Positions 1 to 10,767 of a DNA stretch of 64,000 bases are shown here, piece by piece. How positions within the stretch are numbered: the first letter of the stretch is position 1; the number at the start of each line of letters is the position of its first letter. The DNA comes from Escherichia coli (lineage in GTDB: Bacteria > Pseudomonadota > Gammaproteobacteria > Enterobacterales > Enterobacteriaceae): the NCBI RefSeq assembly GCF_029227855.1, contig NZ_CP074356.1. The stretch is one strand, 5' to 3'. The notes below the pieces were generated by a model. The model did not search any database. It was not told the DNA's origin and saw only the letters and a program-made list of their open reading frames with translations. Position numbers and translations under genes: made by a program.

Positions 1-1151
1 TTCGCCAGCGCGCCCACTATGTCGATATTATTTTTGGGCCGCAAACGCTGCACCGTCTGCCGGAGATGATCAACTCCGTGCGCGGCGACCGCAGCCCGGT
101 TGTAGATATCAGCTTCCCGGAAATCGAGAAGTTTGACCGTCTGCCGGAACCGCGTGCCGAAGGGCCGACCGCGTTTGTCTCCATCATGGAAGGCTGCAAT
201 AAATATTGCACCTACTGCGTAGTGCCTTACACCCGTGGTGAAGAGGTAAGCCGTCCGTCCGACGATATTCTGTTTGAGATCGCCCAGCTTGCGGCTCAGG
301 GCGTGCGTGAAGTCAACCTGCTCGGTCAGAACGTGAACGCCTGGCGTGGTGAAAACTACGACGGCACCACCGGATCGTTTGCCGATCTGCTGCGTCTGGT
401 TGCTGCGATCGACGGGATCGATCGTATTCGCTTTACCACCAGCCATCCGATCGAATTCACCGACGATATCATCGAAGTGTACCGCGACACGCCGGAGCTG
501 GTGAGCTTCCTGCATCTGCCGGTACAGAGCGGTTCCGATCGCATTCTGAACCTGATGGGACGTACCCATACAGCGCTGGAGTACAAAGCGATCATCCGTA
601 AACTGCGTGCGGCGCGTCCGGATATTCAGATCAGTTCTGACTTCATCGTTGGCTTCCCTGGCGAAACCACCGAAGACTTCGAGAAAACGATGAAGCTGAT
701 TGCCGACGTCAATTTCGACATGAGCTACAGCTTTATCTTCTCTGCACGTCCGGGTACGCCAGCCGCCGATATGGTTGATGATGTTCCGGAAGAAGAGAAG
801 AAGCAGCGTCTGTATATTCTACAAGAACGTATTAATCAGCAAGCGATGGCATGGAGCCGCCGGATGCTCGGCACCACCCAGCGTATTCTGGTAGAAGGTA
901 CATCGCGTAAGAGCATCATGGAGCTTTCCGGTCGCACTGAAAATAACCGCGTGGTCAACTTCGAGGGCACACCGGATATGATCGGTAAATTCGTCGATGT
1001 AGAAATTACCGACGTCTACCCGAACTCTCTGCGCGGTAAAGTGGTGCGAACTGAAGATGAAATGGGTCTGCGCGTGGCAGAAACACCGGAATCGGTCATT
1101 GCCCGTACCCGCAAAGAAAACGACCTTGGCGTGGGTTATTATCAGCCATAA
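1..1151 (+). CDS. miaB: tRNA methylthiotransferase MiaB, C-terminal 382 codons (5' end outside window)
   Basis: Frame 3 is open from the window edge ([22 protein letters not shown]...) to TAA 1149-1151, so the track Met at 66 is internal. Radical-SAM CNKYCTYC motif. Sequence recognised as E. coli MiaB. Confidence 0.95.
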
Positions 1152-1157
1152 TTCTCA

Positions 1158-1187
1158 GGCCCGCCGTTCCGGTGGGCCTTGTTTTTT
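1158..1187 (+). terminator. intrinsic terminator after miaB
   Basis: 9-bp GC-rich stem GGCCCGCCG / CGGTGGGCC (one G-U pair) with loop TTC at 1158-1178, followed by TTGTTTTTT. It starts 7 nt after the miaB stop. Confidence 0.8.
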
Positions 1188-1303
1188 CTCTCTTTATCCC
1201 CATCTTTATCGCAATGCTTGCGCCTTTTTCCTGTGGCGTGAATAATTTCCTTATAGGCCGGTGAATGTTCAGCTTCCGGCGGCATACAGATAAGAGGAAC
1301 GGT

Positions 1304-2344
1304 TTGAACATAGACACTCGCGAAATCACCCTGGAGCCAGCAGACAATGCGCGTCTGTTGAGCCTGTGCGGCCCGTTTGATGACAACATCAAACAGCTCG
1401 AACGCCGTCTCGGCATCGAGATCAATCGCCGCGATAACCACTTTAAACTGACCGGCCGTCCGATTTGCGTCACCGCTGCGGCAGACATTCTGCGTAGCCT
1501 GTATGTCGATACAGCCCCGATGCGCGGTCAGATTCAGGATATCGAACCGGAACAGATCCACCTTGCGATTAAAGAAGCGCGGGTACTGGAGCAAAGCGCG
1601 GAGAGCGTGCCGGAGTACGGCAAAGCGGTCAATATCAAAACCAAACGCGGCGTAATCAAGCCGCGCACGCCAAACCAGGCGCAGTACATTGCCAATATTC
1701 TCGACCATGACATCACCTTCGGCGTTGGCCCGGCGGGTACGGGTAAAACCTACCTGGCAGTGGCTGCGGCAGTTGATGCCCTGGAGCGTCAGGAAATTCG
1801 CCGTATTCTGCTGACTCGTCCGGCGGTCGAAGCCGGTGAGAAACTGGGCTTCCTGCCTGGCGATTTAAGCCAGAAAGTAGACCCGTATCTGCGCCCACTG
1901 TACGACGCGCTGTTTGAAATGCTGGGCTTTGAGAAAGTCGAGAAACTGATTGAGCGCAACGTTATTGAAGTCGCGCCGCTGGCCTATATGCGTGGTCGTA
2001 CGCTGAACGACGCGTTTATCATTCTCGATGAGAGCCAGAACACCACCATCGAACAGATGAAGATGTTCCTGACCCGTATCGGTTTTAACTCAAAAGCGGT
2101 TATCACCGGCGACGTCACACAGATCGACCTGCCGCGTAATACCAAGTCAGGCTTGCGTCACGCCATCGAAGTGCTGGCTGACGTCGAAGAGATCAGCTTT
2201 AACTTCTTCCACAGCGAAGACGTGGTTCGTCACCCGGTGGTGGCGCGTATCGTTAACGCTTATGAAGCCTGGGAAGAAGCAGAACAAAAACGTAAAGCGG
2301 CGCTGGCAGCAGAACGCAAGCGCGAAGAACAGGAACAAAAATGA
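1304..2344 (+). CDS. ybeZ: PhoH-like ATPase YbeZ
   Basis: ORF 1265-2344. I prefer TTG 1304 as start: SD AAGAGGA at 1292-1298 with a 5-nt spacer, giving 346 aa as in the K-12 annotation I recall. ATG 1265 has no SD. Walker A GPAGTGKT. Confidence 0.9.
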
Positions 2345-2808
2345 GTCAGGTGATCCTCGATTTACAACTGGCATGTGAAGATAATTCCGGGTTACCGGAA
2401 GAGAGCCAGTTTCAAACATGGCTGAATGCGGTGATCCCGCAGTTTCAGGAAGAGTCGGAAGTGACTATTCGCGTGGTCGATACCGCCGAAAGCCACAGTC
2501 TGAATCTGACCTATCGCGGTAAGGATAAGCCGACCAACGTGCTCTCCTTCCCGTTTGAAGTGCCGCCTGGAATGGAGATGTCGCTACTGGGCGATCTGGT
2601 TATCTGCCGTCAGGTGGTTGAGAAGGAAGCACAGGAGCAAGGCAAACCACTGGAGGCGCACTGGGCGCATATGGTGGTGCACGGCAGTCTGCATTTGTTA
2701 GGTTACGATCACATCGAAGATGACGAAGCAGAAGAAATGGAAGCCCTCGAAACAGAGATTATGCTTGCTCTGGGCTATGAGGATCCGTACATTGCCGAGA
2801 AAGAATAA
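2341..2808 (+). CDS. ybeY: endoribonuclease YbeY (16S rRNA 3'-end maturation)
   Basis: 155-aa ORF. ATGA overlap with the ybeZ stop. Metal-binding [11 protein letters not shown] motif. Confidence 0.95.
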
Positions 2809-2897
2809 TTTGCCAGGCATTTGACTGGCAGATGTCCCCGCCGTTGGTGATTAACGACGGCGTTTTGATTAACTAACATGAGAACCCATACGACGCC

Positions 2898-3776
2898 ATG
2901 AGCGACGACAATTCACACAGTAGTGACACGATAAGCAACAAGAAGGGATTTTTCTCCCTGTTACTCAGCCAACTTTTCCACGGTGAACCGAAAAACCGTG
3001 ACGAACTGCTGGCGCTGATCCGTGATTCCGGGCAGAACGACCTTATCGACGAAGATACGCGCGATATGCTCGAAGGGGTGATGGACATCGCAGACCAACG
3101 CGTTCGCGACATCATGATCCCCCGCTCCCAGATGATTACCCTGAAACGCAACCAGACGCTGGACGAATGCCTTGATGTCATCATCGAGTCCGCCCACTCA
3201 CGTTTCCCGGTGATTAGCGAAGACAAAGATCACATTGAAGGGATTCTGATGGCGAAAGACTTGCTGCCGTTTATGCGCAGCGATGCTGAAGCCTTCAGCA
3301 TGGACAAAGTGTTACGTCAGGCGGTTGTCGTTCCTGAAAGTAAGCGCGTAGACCGGATGCTGAAAGAGTTTCGCTCTCAGCGTTACCACATGGCGATCGT
3401 CATTGACGAATTCGGTGGGGTTTCCGGTCTGGTGACCATTGAAGACATCCTGGAACTGATTGTTGGTGAGATTGAAGACGAGTATGACGAAGAAGATGAT
3501 ATCGACTTCCGTCAGCTGAGTCGTCATACCTGGACCGTGCGCGCACTGGCTTCCATTGAAGACTTCAACGAAGCGTTCGGCACCCACTTTAGCGATGAAG
3601 AGGTTGACACTATCGGTGGTCTGGTGATGCAGGCATTTGGGCATCTTCCGGCGCGTGGCGAAACCATCGACATCGACGGTTACCAGTTCAAAGTGGCGAT
3701 GGCTGACAGTCGGCGTATTATTCAGGTTCATGTCAAAATCCCGGATGACTCACCCCAGCCGAAGCTGGATGAATAA
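2898..3776 (+). CDS. corC: CorC/YbeX CBS-domain Mg/Co efflux-associated protein
   Basis: 292-aa ORF with the CBS-pair plus CorC_HlyC-type C-terminal layout. Sequence recognised as E. coli YbeX/CorC. Confidence 0.92.
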   Translation: MSDDNSHSSDTISNKKGFFSLLLSQLFHGEPKNRDELLALIRDSGQNDLIDEDTRDMLEGVMDIADQRVRDIMIPRSQMITLKRNQTLDECLDVIIESAHSRFPVISEDKDHIEGILMAKDLLPFMRSDAEAFSMDKVLRQAVVVPESKRVDRMLKEFRSQRYHMAIVIDEFGGVSGLVTIEDILELIVGEIEDEYDEEDDIDFRQLSRHTWTVRALASIEDFNEAFGTHFSDEEVDTIGGLVMQAFGHLPARGETIDIDGYQFKVAMADSRRIIQVHVKIPDDSPQPKLDE

Positions 3777-3800
3777 AACCGAAACTGGATAGATAACTAC

Positions 3801-5339
3801 ATGGCTTTTGCCTCATTAATTGAACGCCAGCGCATTCGCCTGCTGCTGGCGTTATTATTCGGTGCCTGCGGAACGCTGGCCTTCTCTCCTTACGACGTCT
3901 GGTCTGCGGCGATTATTTCGCTGATGGGGCTTCAGGCGCTGACCTTTAACCGCCGTCCACTCCAGTCTGCCGCTATTGGCTTTTGCTGGGGATTTGGCCT
4001 CTTTGGCAGCGGTATTAACTGGGTCTATGTCAGCATCGCGACTTTTGGCGGAATGCCTGGCCCGGTTAACATCTTCCTGGTGGTACTGCTGGCGGCGTAT
4101 TTGTCGCTGTATACCGGATTATTTGCTGGCGTGCTGTCGCGTCTGTGGCCGAAAACCACCTGGCTGCGCGTGGCTATTGCCGCCCCTGCTCTCTGGCAAG
4201 TGACCGAGTTTCTGCGCGGTTGGGTGCTGACTGGTTTCCCGTGGTTACAGTTCGGCTATAGCCAGATTGATGGCCCGTTAAAAGGGCTGGCACCGATAAT
4301 GGGCGTGGAAGCCATTAACTTCCTGCTAATGATGGTTAGCGGCCTGCTGGCACTGGCGTTGGTCAAACGCAACTGGCGTCCGATGGTGGTGGCCGTCGTG
4401 CTGTTCGCCCTTCCCTTCCCGCTGCGTTACATCCAGTGGTTTACCCCGCAACCGGAGAAAACCATTCAGGTTTCGATGGTTCAGGGCGATATTCCGCAAT
4501 CGCTGAAGTGGGACGAAAGCCAGCTTCTTAATACGCTGAAAATTTATTACAACGCGACGGCACCGCTGATGGGCAAATCGTCGCTGATTATCTGGCCGGA
4601 GTCGGCGATAACCGATCTGGAAATTAATCAGCAACCGTTCCTCAAAGCACTGGACGGTGAGTTGCGCGATAAAGGTAGCTCGCTGGTCACCGGGATTGTC
4701 GACGCGCGTCTCAATAAGCAGAACCGCTACGATACCTACAACACCATCATCACGCTGGGGAAAGGTGCGCCGTACAGCTACGAATCAGCCGATCGCTATA
4801 ACAAAAACCATCTGGTGCCGTTTGGCGAGTTTGTCCCGCTGGAGTCGATTCTGCGTCCGTTAGCGCCGTTCTTTGATCTGCCGATGTCGTCGTTCAGCCG
4901 TGGGCCATATATCCAGCCGCTGCTGTCGGTAAACGGTATTGAGCTTACTGCGGCTATTTGCTACGAGATCATTCTTGGCGAGCAAGTGCGTGATAACTTC
5001 CGCCCGGATACCGACTACCTGCTGACTATCTCCAACGATGCGTGGTTTGGTAAATCTATTGGTCCATGGCAACACTTCCAGATGGCGCGAATGCGTGCGC
5101 TGGAGTTGGCGCGCCCGCTACTGCGCAGCACCAATAACGGCATTACGGCGGTGATTGGCCCGCAGGGTGAGATTCAGGCGATGATCCCGCAATTCACCCG
5201 CGAAGTATTAACCACTAACGTGACGCCGACTACCGGACTCACACCGTACGCACGTACCGGCAACTGGCCGCTGTGGGTACTGACGGCATTGTTTGGTTTT
5301 GCTGCTGTGCTGATGAGCCTGCGTCAACGACGTAAATAA
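3801..5339 (+). CDS. lnt: apolipoprotein N-acyltransferase Lnt
   Basis: 512-aa ORF with a polytopic N-terminal half and a C-N hydrolase domain carrying the catalytic Cys context [10 protein letters not shown]. Confidence 0.95.
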   Translation: MAFASLIERQRIRLLLALLFGACGTLAFSPYDVWSAAIISLMGLQALTFNRRPLQSAAIGFCWGFGLFGSGINWVYVSIATFGGMPGPVNIFLVVLLAAYLSLYTGLFAGVLSRLWPKTTWLRVAIAAPALWQVTEFLRGWVLTGFPWLQFGYSQIDGPLKGLAPIMGVEAINFLLMMVSGLLALALVKRNWRPMVVAVVLFALPFPLRYIQWFTPQPEKTIQVSMVQGDIPQSLKWDESQLLNTLKIYYNATAPLMGKSSLIIWPESAITDLEINQQPFLKALDGELRDKGSSLVTGIVDARLNKQNRYDTYNTIITLGKGAPYSYESADRYNKNHLVPFGEFVPLESILRPLAPFFDLPMSSFSRGPYIQPLLSVNGIELTAAICYEIILGEQVRDNFRPDTDYLLTISNDAWFGKSIGPWQHFQMARMRALELARPLLRSTNNGITAVIGPQGEIQAMIPQFTREVLTTNVTPTTGLTPYARTGNWPLWVLTALFGFAAVLMSLRQRRK

Positions 5340-5385
5340 TCCCTTCTTATCGTGCCGGAATACATCCCGTATTTCGGCACGCTCA

Positions 5386-5413
5386 CCGGATGCGGCATCA
5401 GTGCGTTATCCGG
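5386..5413. repeat. REP-like palindromic unit
   Basis: CCGGATGCGGCatcagtGCgTTATCCGG closely resembles the E. coli REP consensus (GCCGGATGCGGCG...CTTATCCGGCC). It is preceded by a second hairpin, GTGCCGGAATA/TATTTCGGCAC (5352-5380), just after lnt. Confidence 0.55.
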
Positions 5414-5438
5414 ATAACAAAATTCCCCTATCCAACTT

Positions 5439-5454
5439 TGGCACATCTATTGCT
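5439..5454 (+). promoter_or_regulatory. sigma-54 (-24/-12) promoter upstream of gltI
   Basis: TGGCACatctaTTGCT has GG-N10-GC spacing and matches TGGCAC-N5-TTGCW at every specified position. gltIJKL is reported to be Ntr/sigma-54 dependent (recalled). The site lies about 280 nt upstream of the gltI ATG. Confidence 0.6.
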
Positions 5455-5671
5455 TTGTTATACAAGGCAAAGCTTGAACCAGCATCAGTACAACCCGGTT
5501 GCACCACAGCAATCCACGGGTAGCACCAAAAGAGTGCATTTTAAGAATTTTGCTTCGGAATGGTGCGGCGCATCTCGCAAAAACAAACAATAAAACAGCA
5601 ATATCTTTACATTTAACCAAACTAAATGTTACCTAACAGGCACAACACTGCACAATAAAGTTGCAGACGAT

Positions 5672-5694
5672 AACAACACAAACACTCACAACAG
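5672..5694 (+). promoter_or_regulatory. C/A-rich element in the gltI 5' UTR (GcvB sRNA target / translational enhancer)
   Basis: AACAACACAAACACTCACAACAG lies 42-64 nt upstream of the gltI ATG. This position and composition match the C/A-rich GcvB target described for Salmonella/E. coli gltI (recalled). Confidence 0.6.
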
Positions 5695-5735
5695 GTATCC
5701 ATGCGTTCTTAACGCAGAAGATAAAGGAGTTGGAT

Positions 5736-6644
5736 ATGCAATTACGTAAACCTGCCACAGCAATCCTCGCCCTGGCGCTTTCCGCAGGACTGGCACAGGC
5801 AGATGACGCCGTCCCGGCAGCAGGCAGTACGCTGGACAAAATCGCCAAAAACGGCGTGATTGTCGTCGGTCACCGTGAATCTTCAGTACCTTTCTCTTAT
5901 TACGACAATCAGCAAAAAGTGGTGGGTTACTCGCAGGATTACTCCAACGCCATTGTTGAAGCAGTGAAAAAGAAACTCAACAAACCGGACTTGCAGGTAA
6001 AACTGATTCCGATTACCTCACAAAACCGTATTCCACTGCTGCAAAACGGCACTTTCGATTTTGAATGTGGTTCTACCACCAACAACGTCGAACGCCAAAA
6101 ACAGGCGGCTTTCTCTGACACTATTTTCGTGGTCGGTACGCGCCTGCTGACCAAAAAGGGCGGCGATATCAAAGATTTCGCCGATCTGAAAGGTAAAGCC
6201 GTAGTCGTCACTTCCGGCACTACCTCTGAAGTTTTGCTCAACAAACTGAATGAAGAGCAAAAAATGAATATGCGAATTATCAGCGCCAAAGATCACGGTG
6301 ACTCTTTCCGCACCCTGGAAAGCGGTCGTGCCGTTGCCTTTATGATGGATGATGCTCTGCTGGCTGGTGAACGTGCGAAAGCGAAGAAACCAGACAACTG
6401 GGAAATCGTCGGCAAGCCGCAGTCTCAGGAAGCCTACGGTTGCATGTTGCGTAAAGACGATCCGCAGTTCAAAAAGCTGATGGATGACACTATCGCTCAG
6501 GTGCAGACCTCCGGTGAAGCGGAAAAATGGTTTGATAAATGGTTCAAAAACCCAATTCCGCCGAAAAACCTGAACATGAATTTCGAACTGTCAGACGAAA
6601 TGAAAGCACTGTTCAAAGAACCGAATGACAAGGCACTGAACTAA
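5736..6644 (+). CDS. gltI: glutamate/aspartate ABC transporter periplasmic binding protein GltI
   Basis: Track ORF 5661-6644. I chose ATG 5736 (MQLRKPATAILALALSAGLAQA signal peptide), preceded by SD AAGGAG at 5724-5729, giving 302 aa. Confidence 0.93.
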   Translation: MQLRKPATAILALALSAGLAQADDAVPAAGSTLDKIAKNGVIVVGHRESSVPFSYYDNQQKVVGYSQDYSNAIVEAVKKKLNKPDLQVKLIPITSQNRIPLLQNGTFDFECGSTTNNVERQKQAAFSDTIFVVGTRLLTKKGGDIKDFADLKGKAVVVTSGTTSEVLLNKLNEEQKMNMRIISAKDHGDSFRTLESGRAVAFMMDDALLAGERAKAKKPDNWEIVGKPQSQEAYGCMLRKDDPQFKKLMDDTIAQVQTSGEAEKWFDKWFKNPIPPKNLNMNFELSDEMKALFKEPNDKALN

Positions 6645-6802
6645 TTACAAGAACCAGGGGCGGAAATTCCAGCCCTCTCGATTGTTACGTAGCACGGACA
6701 GACTATACGCCTGATGGTCGTTCCCCATCGGGCCTGAAAACCGCAATACGCTGGGTAACAATCTTCGAGGGTAGCAGTTAACGCTGCTACCCTCTTTTTT
6801 CT
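6640..6802 (+). ncRNA. sroC: SroC sRNA (gltI-gltJ spacer-derived GcvB sponge)
   Basis: The 169-nt gltI-gltJ spacer ends in a strong intrinsic terminator: 11-bp stem GAGGGTAGCAG/CTGCTACCCTC at 6767-6794 plus T6 at 6795-6800. SroC is annotated at this position in K-12. The 5' end is placed from my recollection of a ~163-nt RNA overlapping the gltI stop. Confidence 0.6.
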
Positions 6803-6813
6803 GGAGTAGATTT

Positions 6814-7554
6814 ATGTCTATAGACTGGAACTGGGGTATTTTTTTACAACAAGCCCCGTTCGGCAACACCACCTATCTTGGTTGGATCTGGAGTGGTTTT
6901 CAGGTGACGATCGCTTTGTCGATCTGCGCCTGGATTATCGCTTTCCTCGTCGGTTCATTTTTCGGCATTTTACGTACCGTTCCAAACCGTTTTCTCTCCG
7001 GTCTGGGTACGTTGTATGTCGAACTGTTCCGCAACGTGCCGTTGATTGTGCAATTCTTTACCTGGTATCTGGTGATCCCGGAGCTGTTGCCGGAGAAAAT
7101 CGGCATGTGGTTTAAGGCCGAGCTGGATCCCAATATTCAGTTTTTCCTTTCATCCATGCTTTGCCTGGGGCTGTTTACCGCCGCCCGTGTTTGCGAACAG
7201 GTACGCGCCGCGATCCAGTCGCTGCCGCGTGGGCAGAAGAATGCCGCGCTGGCGATGGGTCTGACGCTGCCGCAGGCTTACCGCTATGTACTGTTGCCTA
7301 ATGCTTATCGCGTTATCGTCCCGCCGATGACCTCCGAGATGATGAACCTGGTGAAAAACTCCGCCATCGCCTCGACCATCGGTCTGGTGGATATGGCAGC
7401 GCAGGCCGGTAAATTGCTTGATTACTCAGCCCACGCCTGGGAGTCGTTTACCGCCATTACGCTTGCGTATGTGTTGATTAACGCTTTTATCATGCTGGTG
7501 ATGACGCTGGTTGAACGTAAAGTTCGCCTGCCCGGCAACATGGGGGGCAAATAA
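6814..7554 (+). CDS. gltJ: glutamate/aspartate ABC transporter permease GltJ
   Basis: 246-aa polytopic ORF. SD GGAG at 6803-6806. Recognised as GltJ. Confidence 0.93.
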
Positions 7555-8228
7555 TGTACGAGTTTGACTGGAGTTCCATTGTCCCTTCCCTGCCATATCT
7601 GCTGGATGGGCTGGTGATCACCCTGAAAATCACCGTCACGGCAGTCGTGATTGGTATTTTGTGGGGCACCATGCTGGCGGTGATGCGCTTGTCCAGCTTT
7701 GCGCCCGTAGCGTGGTTTGCCAAAGCCTACGTTAACGTATTCCGCTCGATTCCTTTAGTTATGGTTTTGCTGTGGTTTTACCTGATTGTGCCGGGTTTTC
7801 TGCAAAACGTGCTGGGATTATCGCCAAAAAATGATATCCGTTTAATTTCGGCAATGGTGGCGTTTTCGATGTTTGAAGCGGCCTACTATTCAGAGATTAT
7901 CCGTGCCGGTATTCAAAGTATTTCCCGTGGTCAGTCGAGCGCCGCGCTGGCGTTGGGAATGACTCACTGGCAGTCGATGAAACTGATTATTCTGCCGCAG
8001 GCTTTCCGCGCGATGGTGCCGCTGCTGCTCACTCAGGGCATCGTACTGTTCCAGGATACCTCGCTGGTGTATGTGTTATCTCTGGCCGATTTCTTCCGTA
8101 CCGCCTCAACCATTGGTGAGCGTGATGGTACGCAGGTTGAGATGATCCTGTTTGCCGGATTTGTTTATTTCGTTATTAGCCTTAGCGCGTCGTTGTTGGT
8201 CAGCTACTTGAAAAGAAGGACAGCATAA
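7554..8228 (+). CDS. gltK: glutamate/aspartate ABC transporter permease GltK
   Basis: 224-aa polytopic ORF. TAATG 1-nt overlap with gltJ. Confidence 0.93.
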
Positions 8229-8953
8229 TGATTACCCTGAAAAATGTTTCAAAATGGTATGGTCACTTTCAGGTGCTGACCGACTGCTCAACCGAAGTGA
8301 AAAAAGGCGAAGTGGTGGTGGTTTGCGGCCCGTCTGGTTCCGGTAAATCAACGCTGATTAAAACCGTCAACGGCCTCGAACCGGTGCAGCAAGGTGAAAT
8401 CACCGTCGATGGTATCGTGGTTAACGATAAGAAAACCGATCTGGCAAAGCTGCGTTCCCGCGTCGGGATGGTGTTCCAGCATTTCGAGTTGTTCCCCCAT
8501 TTGTCGATTATTGAAAACCTGACCCTGGCGCAGGTGAAAGTGCTAAAACGCGATAAAGCACCCGCTCGTGAAAAAGCATTGAAATTGCTGGAGCGCGTCG
8601 GGCTTTCCGCTCATGCCAATAAGTTTCCGGCGCAGCTTTCCGGCGGTCAGCAGCAGCGTGTGGCGATCGCTCGCGCATTGTGCATGGATCCTATTGCCAT
8701 GCTGTTCGACGAACCGACATCGGCGCTGGATCCGGAGATGATCAACGAAGTGCTGGACGTAATGGTCGAACTGGCGAATGAAGGAATGACCATGATGGTG
8801 GTGACCCACGAAATGGGCTTTGCCCGTAAAGTGGCGAATCGGGTGATCTTTATGGACGAGGGTAAAATTGTCGAAGACTCGCCGAAAGACGCTTTCTTCG
8901 ATGATCCGAAATCGGACCGCGCAAAAGACTTCCTCGCGAAAATCCTGCATTAA
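8228..8953 (+). CDS. gltL: glutamate/aspartate ABC transporter ATPase GltL
   Basis: 241 aa. Walker [10 protein letters not shown] and ABC signature [13 protein letters not shown] overlap with gltK. Confidence 0.95.
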   Translation: MITLKNVSKWYGHFQVLTDCSTEVKKGEVVVVCGPSGSGKSTLIKTVNGLEPVQQGEITVDGIVVNDKKTDLAKLRSRVGMVFQHFELFPHLSIIENLTLAQVKVLKRDKAPAREKALKLLERVGLSAHANKFPAQLSGGQQQRVAIARALCMDPIAMLFDEPTSALDPEMINEVLDVMVELANEGMTMMVVTHEMGFARKVANRVIFMDEGKIVEDSPKDAFFDDPKSDRAKDFLAKILH

Positions 8954-9070
8954 TCACTCTGGCGCGCATACCCAATTGCGCGCCATCTCACGCTTTATCG
9001 TTTCGCCCCTCGTATCTGTTACATCCTGGCGTTACCCTTGTCGCAAAGAAGCACACAACAAGGAGCAACA

Positions 9071-10006
9071 ATGGCACTGCCAATTCTGTTAGATTGCGAC
9101 CCAGGTCATGACGACGCTATCGCAATAGTTCTTGCCCTCGCCTCACCAGAGCTTGATATCAAAGCAATTACGTCTTCCGCCGGAAACCAGACTCCAGAAA
9201 AAACCTTACGCAATGTTCTGCGTATGCTGACCTTGCTTAATCGCACCGATATTCCGGTGGCAGGCGGCGCGGTAAAACCGTTAATGCGTGAGTTGATTAT
9301 CGCGGACAATGTGCACGGTGAAAGCGGTCTCGACGGCCCGGCATTACCGGAACCGACGTTCGCACCGCAAAACTGTACGGCGGTAGAGCTGATGGCGAAA
9401 ACGCTGCGTGAAAGTGCGGAACCTGTCACGATTGTTTCTACCGGGCCGCAAACTAACGTTGCCTTGCTGCTCAATAGCCATCCGGAACTGCATAGCAAAA
9501 TTGCCCGTATCGTGATTATGGGCGGCGCAATGGGGCTTGGTAACTGGACGCCTGCGGCTGAATTTAATATTTACGTTGACCCGGAAGCGGCAGAAATTGT
9601 CTTCCAGTCAAGGATCCCGGTGGTGATGGCCGGTCTGGATGTTACTCATAAAGCGCAAATCCACGTTGAAGACACCGAGCGTTTCCGCGCGATTGGCAAC
9701 CCTGTTTCAACCATTGTTGCCGAACTGCTGGATTTCTTCCTCGAATATCATAAAGACGAAAAATGGGGCTTTGTCGGCGCACCGCTGCATGACCCATGCA
9801 CCATCGCCTGGCTGTTAAAACCGGAGTTGTTTACCACTGTTGAGCGCTGGGTTGGCGTGGAAACACAAGGGAAATATACCCAGGGTATGACGGTTGTTGA
9901 TTATTATTATCTGACCGGCAATAAACCGAATGCCTCTGTAATGGTCGATGTTGATCGTCAGGGCTTTGTTGATTTACTGGCTGATCGTCTGAAATTTTAC
10001 GCTTAA
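9071..10006 (+). CDS. rihA: pyrimidine-specific ribonucleoside hydrolase RihA
   Basis: Track ORF 9038-10006. I chose ATG 9071 ([16 protein letters not shown], nucleoside hydrolase DxDxxxDD motif) with SD AAGGAG at 9060-9065, giving 311 aa. Confidence 0.92.
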   Translation: MALPILLDCDPGHDDAIAIVLALASPELDIKAITSSAGNQTPEKTLRNVLRMLTLLNRTDIPVAGGAVKPLMRELIIADNVHGESGLDGPALPEPTFAPQNCTAVELMAKTLRESAEPVTIVSTGPQTNVALLLNSHPELHSKIARIVIMGGAMGLGNWTPAAEFNIYVDPEAAEIVFQSRIPVVMAGLDVTHKAQIHVEDTERFRAIGNPVSTIVAELLDFFLEYHKDEKWGFVGAPLHDPCTIAWLLKPELFTTVERWVGVETQGKYTQGMTVVDYYYLTGNKPNASVMVDVDRQGFVDLLADRLKFYA

Positions 10007-10012
10007 TCACTC

Positions 10013-10037
10013 GCCGGATGACATCACGCCATCCGGC
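10013..10037. repeat. REP-like hairpin between convergent rihA and ybeL
   Basis: GCCGGATG-acatcacgc-CATCCGGC is an 8-bp perfect stem. It is the only structured element in the 44-nt spacer between the two stop codons. Confidence 0.5.
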
Positions 10038-10050
10038 ACCACTCATTTCA

Positions 10051-10533
10051 TTAAGGCTCGAACGGGCGTCTCTGGAACTGGTCATGACCACATTTCGGGC
10101 ATAGCGTCAGCACTTCCGGTGTATAGATCGGGAGATGGAAATGACATTTCTCGCAGACCAGATTACCCAGCCCTACCACTTCTCCGCTGTGATAAACCCC
10201 GTGATGATTGAGGTCCTGGAAAACTTCGCGCCATTCAAGCTGCGTTTTATCGGTGATGTCTGCCAGTTCCTGCCACAAGCTTTCTTTAATCACCCGCATA
10301 AAGACGCTGTCAGACTCTTCTTTCAGGCTCTCTTCATAGCTCATGGCGAACTCTTCCAGGTCACGTCTGACAGCTCGCGTCAGCTCATCGACTTCGGTTC
10401 GCGTTAACTCCCCTGTTTTTATTACGCGCTCGCGCGCCTGTTCCACCAGTGCGTCGATATCACGTTCGCCATTGCGCAGGCGTTCGCTCAGTGACGCGAC
10501 CAGTTCACGGTAATATTGAGCAACCTTGTTCAT
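10051..10533 (-). CDS. ybeL: DUF1451 zinc-ribbon protein YbeL
   Basis: 160-aa ORF with a C-terminal CxxC...CxxC zinc ribbon (CEKCHFH...CPKCGHDQF). Recognised as YbeL; function unknown. Confidence 0.9.
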   Translation of the reverse strand: MNKVAQYYRELVASLSERLRNGERDIDALVEQARERVIKTGELTRTEVDELTRAVRRDLEEFAMSYEESLKEESDSVFMRVIKESLWQELADITDKTQLEWREVFQDLNHHGVYHSGEVVGLGNLVCEKCHFHLPIYTPEVLTLCPKCGHDQFQRRPFEP

Positions 10534-10767
10534 CGTTTCATCTCCCGGGTCGTTAACTGACTATAATAATAGACGTTCTTTGTTCCTTGCTTTGCTAATA
10601 CGCCCACAAACTCTGTAAATTAATGTATGAATAATCCGGGCATCATTTCAACGTCGAATGCGCGAAAGGCTGTTTTGACGCGGACGTTTGGGCTATGCTA
10701 TGCGGATCTGAAAAACCACCTCAACGCTACATTTGTAGCCGTATTGAAAACAGGACCACTGGCTGCC

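Noticed and set aside
2836-2866. Hairpin CGCCGT...ACGGCG plus TTTT between ybeY and corC
   Set aside because: A short 6-bp stem with a 12-nt loop inside a known co-transcribed operon. It could be a weak attenuator, but the evidence is insufficient.
5638-5652. Second sigma-54-like string aGGCACaacacTGCA closer to gltI
   Set aside because: The GG-to-GC spacing is 9 nt instead of the required 10, and TTGC is replaced by TGCA. It overlaps the C/A-rich leader region.
5661-5735. N-terminal extensions of track ORFs: gltI 5661, leuS 10627, rihA 9038, cspE to 28347, pagP to 29022, dpiB to 33380, citC 33613, citE 35051, citF 35889, rna 40534, tnpA 41630, uspG 43033, ahpF to 45210, dsbG 46226, entA to 56269
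   Set aside because: The upstream Met/Val codons lack SD sequences. Several lie inside the preceding gene or inside regulatory elements. Internal starts with good SDs give the N-termini and signal peptides I recognise for these proteins.
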